DNA of 63,008 bases, filler included, from Stramenopiles sp. TOSAG23-2 (taxonomy: Eukaryota): the NCBI GenBank assembly GCA_900128395.1. It is 25 parts of 25 records of this genome, joined end to end, with 100 filler letters (N's around TTAATTAATTAA, not from the genome) between each part and the next. Parts side by side here need not be neighbours in the genome. Positions count along the whole stretch, not along the records: positions 58,086 to 60,497 come from LT651764.1; positions 60,598 to 63,008 come from LT651765.1; 23 more parts are not named here. One strand, written 5' to 3'. A program made the translations under genes and the position numbers. This document shows, one piece after another, positions 58,088-63,008 of the stretch. Under the pieces are notes generated by a model. It did not search any database, had not been told where the DNA came from, and worked only from the letters and a program-made list of their open reading frames with translations. Numbering within the stretch: the stretch's first letter is position 1; every line of letters starts with the position of its first letter.

Positions 58088-59776
58088 AGTGAGAATATCC
58101 CACGTAGAACCAGGGCAGATTCATATGGGACACCAACAAATTCAAATATATTAAATAATGTTAAGTTTCTTGAAAATAACTTACGACATAAAAATTTTGA
58201 AAAGGACTTATTTTCCCTCATATCAAGTCAGACGAAGTTAATGACTTCCGTAAAAACTCGTCATCGAATGATGGAAATGATGGAAAATTACACGAATCGT
58301 CTTGGCATGACAGAAGAAATTAAAAAATTAAAAGTTGTTCATGTTGCTGGAACAAAAGGAAAAGGTTCGACGTGTGCTTTTGTTGAATCTATTTTACGTA
58401 GACATGGTTTAAAAACTGGTTTATTCACGTCTCCACATTTGATTGATGTTACGGAGCGATTTAGGATCAATGGCGTCCCGATAGATCGTGAAAGTTTATA
58501 TAAAGCATTTTATGATGTGTGGGATAGACTTCACGACACGGTTGATGATGCTGAGGATTTCCCTCCGATTCCTGGTTTTTTTAGATTTTTGACATTAGTT
58601 GGTTTTAAAATTTTTTCTACTGTACAAACGGATGTTGTTGTTTTGGAAGTTGGTATGGGTGGACGATTAGATGCTACAAACATTTGCAAAGCTATGGCGT
58701 GTGGTATAACTCCATTAGATTTAGACCATACCAGAGTTTTAGGTGATACAATAGATAAAATAGCATATGAGAAAAGCGGTATTATGAAACTAGAAGGCGT
58801 GCCATGTTTCACTGGAATCAATCATGATCCAAAAGCAATGGAAGTTATTAAAGATACTGCCAAAAGAGTGAATTGTCCACTGCATATCGTCCGACCATTA
58901 AATAAAGATAATGTACCAAAAAACTTCTTAGGTCTCAATGGTGATCATCAAAGAGAAAATGCAGCGTTAGCAATAGAGCTTTCAGAGGCATTTATGAACT
59001 CTTACAATGAAGATAAAAAGAATGCGGCAACAGATGGCAATGATAATAATAATAATAAAGACAAGTTAATAAGCACTTTACAGTGTCGGGATGTAAATAC
59101 ATTGTCTGAAAATGTCAAAGTGGGTTTGAATTTATGTAAATGGGCAGGCCGGACGCAAATAATTGATTTAGGCAAGATGTTCGATGGTAATGAGGAAAAC
59201 GATGCAAGTAATTTAATATTTTACTTAGATGGGGCACATACACCAAAAAGTTTGCAATGTTGTACGAAATGGTATAGTCAAATATTAGCAGAAAATGAAG
59301 ATAATAACAATAATATTTGTAATGTTTTGATTTTTAATTGTTCCAGAGATCGCAGAATAGATGTCATGTTTCCAGAATTGTTAAGCATAAGTAATTGTAA
59401 ATGGGAGAAAATCATCTTTTGTCCTGCTGATTATTCTCGACCAACGACTGTAAAGCTTCCTTCGCCAAAAGATATTTTATTGAAAATTGATCAAGATAAA
59501 TATGCCACGCTTGATCCGAATCCTAAAGTAGTACTGCCAGAAGAAACAAAAGATTTTCGTTGGCAACATATAATGAAAGATGTATGGGATGTTTTAGCAA
59601 AGGAAAATGGATATGGGAAATCAATGTCTATGGTATGCCCATCTGTAAAAGATGCAATTGAACATGTAAAAAATAATGCAAAAAGTTTGAAGAAACAAGA
59701 TGTCAAAGTGTTACTTTCTGGTTCGTTATATTTGGTTGGTAGTGCATTGAATTATTTTGGTCCACAATACATATAG
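58088..59776 (+). CDS. FPGS: Folylpolyglutamate synthase; frame open upstream of the ATG at 58241 to the contig edge
   Basis: VHVAGTKGKGST, FTSPHL, LEVGMGGRLDATN, LDHT..LG, WAGR, YLDGAHT, GSLYLVG. Confidence 0.96.
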   Translation, partial: SENIPRRTRADSYGTPTNSNILNNVKFLENNLRHKNFEKDLFSLISSQTKLMTSVKTRHRMMEMMENYTNRLGMTEEIKKLKVVHVAGTKGKGSTCAFVESILRRHGLKTGLFTSPHLIDVTERFRINGVPIDRESLYKAFYDVWDRLHDTVDDAEDFPPIPGFFRFLTLVGFKIFSTVQTDVVVLEVGMGGRLDATNICKAMACGITPLDLDHTRVLGDTIDKIAYEKSGIMKLEGVPCFTGINHDPKAMEVIKDTAKRVNCPLHIVRPLNKDNVPKNFLGLNGDHQRENAALAIELSEAFMNSYNEDKKNAATDGNDNNNNKDKLISTLQCRDVNTLSENVKVGLNLCKWAGRTQIIDLGKMFDGNEENDASNLIFYLDGAHTPKSLQCCTKWYSQILAENEDNNNNICNVLIFNCSRDRRIDVMFPELLSISNCKWEKIIFCPADYSRPTTVKLPSPKDILLKIDQDKYATLDPNPKVVLPEETKDFRWQHIMKDVWDVLAKENGYGKSMSMVCPSVKDAIEHVKNNAKSLKKQDVKVLLSGSLYLVGSALNYFGPQYI

Positions 59777-60309
59777 AGTGTATCCTGTACGCGCTTCGTA
59801 TATATATATATATATTAATGTTTGATATGAATTTCAAGCGAGTTAGATGTCAAAGTGTTACTTTCTGGTTCGTTATATTTGGTTGGTAGTGCATTGAATT
59901 ATTTTGGTCCACAATACATATAGAGTGTATCCTGTACGCGCTTCGTATATATATATATATATTAATGTTTGATATGAATTTCAAGCGAGTATGTATCGTG
60001 TAATGATATGATAGATATGATATATGATATATGCATAAATGTATGATAGAACATTTAAAATACAAAACGTTTGTACAGAGTAAATTTTTTCGGTATATGG
60101 CACCAATGGAGTTTGTGTAAAAGGAAAATTTGTTACATTTTTATTTTTTTATAAGCCCAACAAGATTTAATTTACGCACACATATATAATTTATTTTATT
60201 TTTTTAACGTGAAGTAATTTTACACACATGTGATCATTCCTACTCTTCAAATATACAAAAATAATGCATATGCATATCATATTATTTATATACTTCTTTA
60301 CTTTCATTT

Positions 60310-60495
60310 TTAAAACATATCAAAAGGATTACCACTTGCTGGTTTATTATTATTTGCTTGTTGTTGTTGTCCTTGCTGTTGTGGTGCTTGTTGTTGTTGT
60401 CCTTGCTGTTGTGGTACTTGCTGTTGTAGTACTTGCTGTTGCTGCTGTTGCATCATTCGTTGCTGTTTCATCATCATTTGTTGACGTTGCTGTTG
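60310..60495 (-). CDS. 3' end of a Gln-rich protein ending in NPFDMF (EH-binding NPF motif; endocytic adaptor-like)
   Basis: Hand translation of the reverse strand: ...QQQGQQQQANNNKPASGNPFDMF*. Confidence 0.55.
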   Translation of the reverse strand, partial: QQQRQQMMMKQQRMMQQQQQQVLQQQVPQQQGQQQQAPQQQGQQQQANNNKPASGNPFDMF

Positions 60496-61315
60496 TTNNN
60501 NNNNNNNNNNNNNNNNNNNNNNNNNNNNNNNNNNNNNNNNNTTAATTAATTAANNNNNNNNNNNNNNNNNNNNNNNNNNNNNNNNNNNNNNNNNNNNTTT
60601 ACGAATGGCAAAACGTAATATATTTTGGGCGGTCAATGCTATTACCTGTTAAGTGACAGGTGGAGATACACCCCAAATTTGGGGTGTATCTCCAAGACTT
60701 AAGGTTAATTCTCACAAAAAGACTACTATACTTGATAGGGTTTGCAGCCAATACAGGCAATAGCTCCATCTGCCACACCTTTAAGGGCTGGCATGAAAAG
60801 AAGAACGATGCCGAACGTGCGAACGCACGAACCAACGGTTTATGAATGAAAATAATTTAAATTTATATATTTTAATAAGACGAGAAAGGTATATTGAGAT
60901 GAAAATGGATAAACATATTTTACTTGTAGATATATATATAAAAAAGGTAAATATCAACAACTGTATATATATATATGTGGAAGATAAGAAATAGAAACGA
61001 TAATATATTGCATTTTCTACTATTTTTTTTTTAATATAGAGATATATAGGTAATAAATATTTGTACATACATGAGAAATTATTTAAATTAATATTTTGTT
61101 GTTGTTGTTTTTTTTTTACTGTATATATATATATGTGGAAGATAAGAAATAGAAACGATAATATATTGCATTTTCTACTATTTTTTTTTTAATATAGAGA
61201 TATATAGGTAATAAATATTTGTACATACATGAGAAATTATTTAAATTAATATTTTGTTGTTGTTGTTTTTTTTTTGTCATATAGAAATAATAATAGTCTT
61301 TTATAACGTTCAATT

Positions 61316-62089
61316 ATGAATGAATCCATGTCCACACGCAGCCGATCAGAAAAATTAACTGATATATGGCATATGACCAATAGTCCTGTACGATTAGGAG
61401 ATGCACGTGCAACATGGTCGCATGAAAATACTACACCAACAAAAGATAAACGGCCATCTATTGTAAAAGTTCGTGAAAACCATGAATGGATTGATCGTAG
61501 AGTACAAATGATAGAAGAGTTGGAAAAAGGCAACGGAAAAGAAGACGTTGACTATGTAGAAGGTGAGACATTGATTGTACCTTTGTCTCATTGGAAAAAT
61601 AAAAAAATAGGGTTTGAACGTGAATTAGCGGATGATTTGCGTAACGACCACCATGTAAAAATGTCTGTATATAGAAAGAATGATAAAGAATGTGGAAAAT
61701 TAGAACGAACACGTGCTGATTTACATGAACAATTAAACGATGAAGAATTTACACAAGCTGACCATCAACGAAAACGATTATTGTATGCACATAAAATTCG
61801 AGAGCAAATAGATAAAAAAAAAATGCTTGAAGAAGAAACGGAGAGATTGAAAGAAGAATATAATTCCGAATTTATACGGACTGGTATGGCAAAAATGGAA
61901 GCAGATTATTTTGAAAAACAACGTATTAAACGACGTCAAGCTAGGGAAGATCGACCTTGTTGTACAGCTTGCTGTACTTTTTGTTGTTATTATCAACATG
62001 ATATACGTCGTGAATGTAAAAACTGTAAATGTAAAGGTCACCGTTGTTGTAATAGGGAATCGTTAGATGATAATTTAGATCCACATTAG
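61316..62089 (+). CDS. Hypothetical coiled-coil protein with a Cys-rich C-terminal tail; the stop is probably created by a duplication
   Basis: 257-aa ORF with CCTACCTFCC; the 122-bp duplication starting at 62088 creates the TAG. Confidence 0.6.
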   Translation: MNESMSTRSRSEKLTDIWHMTNSPVRLGDARATWSHENTTPTKDKRPSIVKVRENHEWIDRRVQMIEELEKGNGKEDVDYVEGETLIVPLSHWKNKKIGFERELADDLRNDHHVKMSVYRKNDKECGKLERTRADLHEQLNDEEFTQADHQRKRLLYAHKIREQIDKKKMLEEETERLKEEYNSEFIRTGMAKMEADYFEKQRIKRRQAREDRPCCTACCTFCCYYQHDIRRECKNCKCKGHRCCNRESLDDNLDPH

Positions 62090-63008
62090 CTTGCTGTACT
62101 TTTTGTTGTTATTATCAACATGATATACGTCGTGAATGTAAAAACTGTAAATGTAAAGGTCACCGTTGTTGTAATAGGGAATCGTTAGATGATAATTTAG
62201 ATCCACATTTAATTTTGATGAATTGGTCGCGGTATGTATTACATATATAGAAATTCTTTTTCATTCTTTCAAATGTTACATTAGCATTATATATACACAC
62301 ACCTTCTAGTGATGATAATATCCAATTTTTGGCCTTGACCTGTTTATAAAATTACAGATATATAACTGAACACATTTTAATTAATGTTAGTATAGTTTAA
62401 ATGTAAGAAAAACGAACTATGAGAGCCTTAAAAAACTGATATAATGAATCTGAAGAAATGGTGGTATGTGTATAATGTATACATATATATATATACATAC
62501 AGATGTTTTATCTTCTTAGAAAACATGATCTTTCTACTGATATTATATATATATATCTTAATATCTATCTTTTTATATTCGAATTTCTAATATGATATAC
62601 TAACACAACTTTTATCAACATATTTATATTTAAATATTATGCAGCATAAAAGAGGAAGAATTTGGACATGGGGCAAGTTATATTTCACCAAAATTAAGAA
62701 AAAGAAATCAATCATCTAATAGTGATAGTGATGACGATTGAGATAGAGGAATATATATATATATATATGTACATAGAGATGATATATCATATATTATTGT
62801 GTTTTGAGAATTAACACATGTGTGTGTATGGTGGTCTCGGGCATAAATGACCAGGAAATGATTTTGAATAAAAAAAAATCTAGATGAGATATGAGTGTAA
62901 GAATTTCACACATGTCTAAGATAGATTAAACTTGATCTATTTAACCTATTTTGAAGTTTTTATTTTAAATTTTGAATTTCTCGTTGTATATGGGTGTAAT
63001 TTCCTCTG

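Noticed and set aside
59698-59990. 147-bp-period duplication of the FPGS 3' end
   Set aside because: Exact copy, most likely an assembly artefact
60960-61275. 158-bp tandem duplication (and a 122-bp one at 61966-62209)
   Set aside because: Exact read-scale duplications, most likely assembly artefacts

Overview
This window is not a contiguous locus. It joins 25 unrelated short contigs (about 2.41-2.44 kb, in descending length order) with an artificial 100-bp spacer (44 N + TTAATTAATTAA + 44 N), so adjacency across spacers has no biological meaning. Most contigs are AT-rich, intron-poor nuclear DNA of a unicellular eukaryote; a stramenopile-like protist single-cell or MAG assembly is my inference. 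Recognisable genes include a HECT E3 ligase, P5B ATPase, TLDc protein, PEX16, Rab, Gemin2, 2-oxoglutarate dehydrogenase E1, FPGS, a DUF4062-NACHT protein and caspase/CHAT-like proteases. Two contigs (48023-50440 and 50541-52957) look viral. One has three tandem paralogous major-capsid-like genes of the triple-MCP ('Trimcap'-type) Polinton-like virus kind. The other has a minor-capsid/penton-like gene followed by a repeat-rich non-coding region with an inverted iteron array and a 12-bp tandem repeat. A third contig (5076-7511) carries what looks like a primase-helicase C-terminal remnant with iteron-like repeats. Several host proteins have unusual architectures: OGDH with an EF-hand insert, Gemin2 with a Tudor insert, hydrolase-GST-WW, and Tudor-HMG-SET. 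All family calls come from motif recognition by eye and have not been confirmed by any search.
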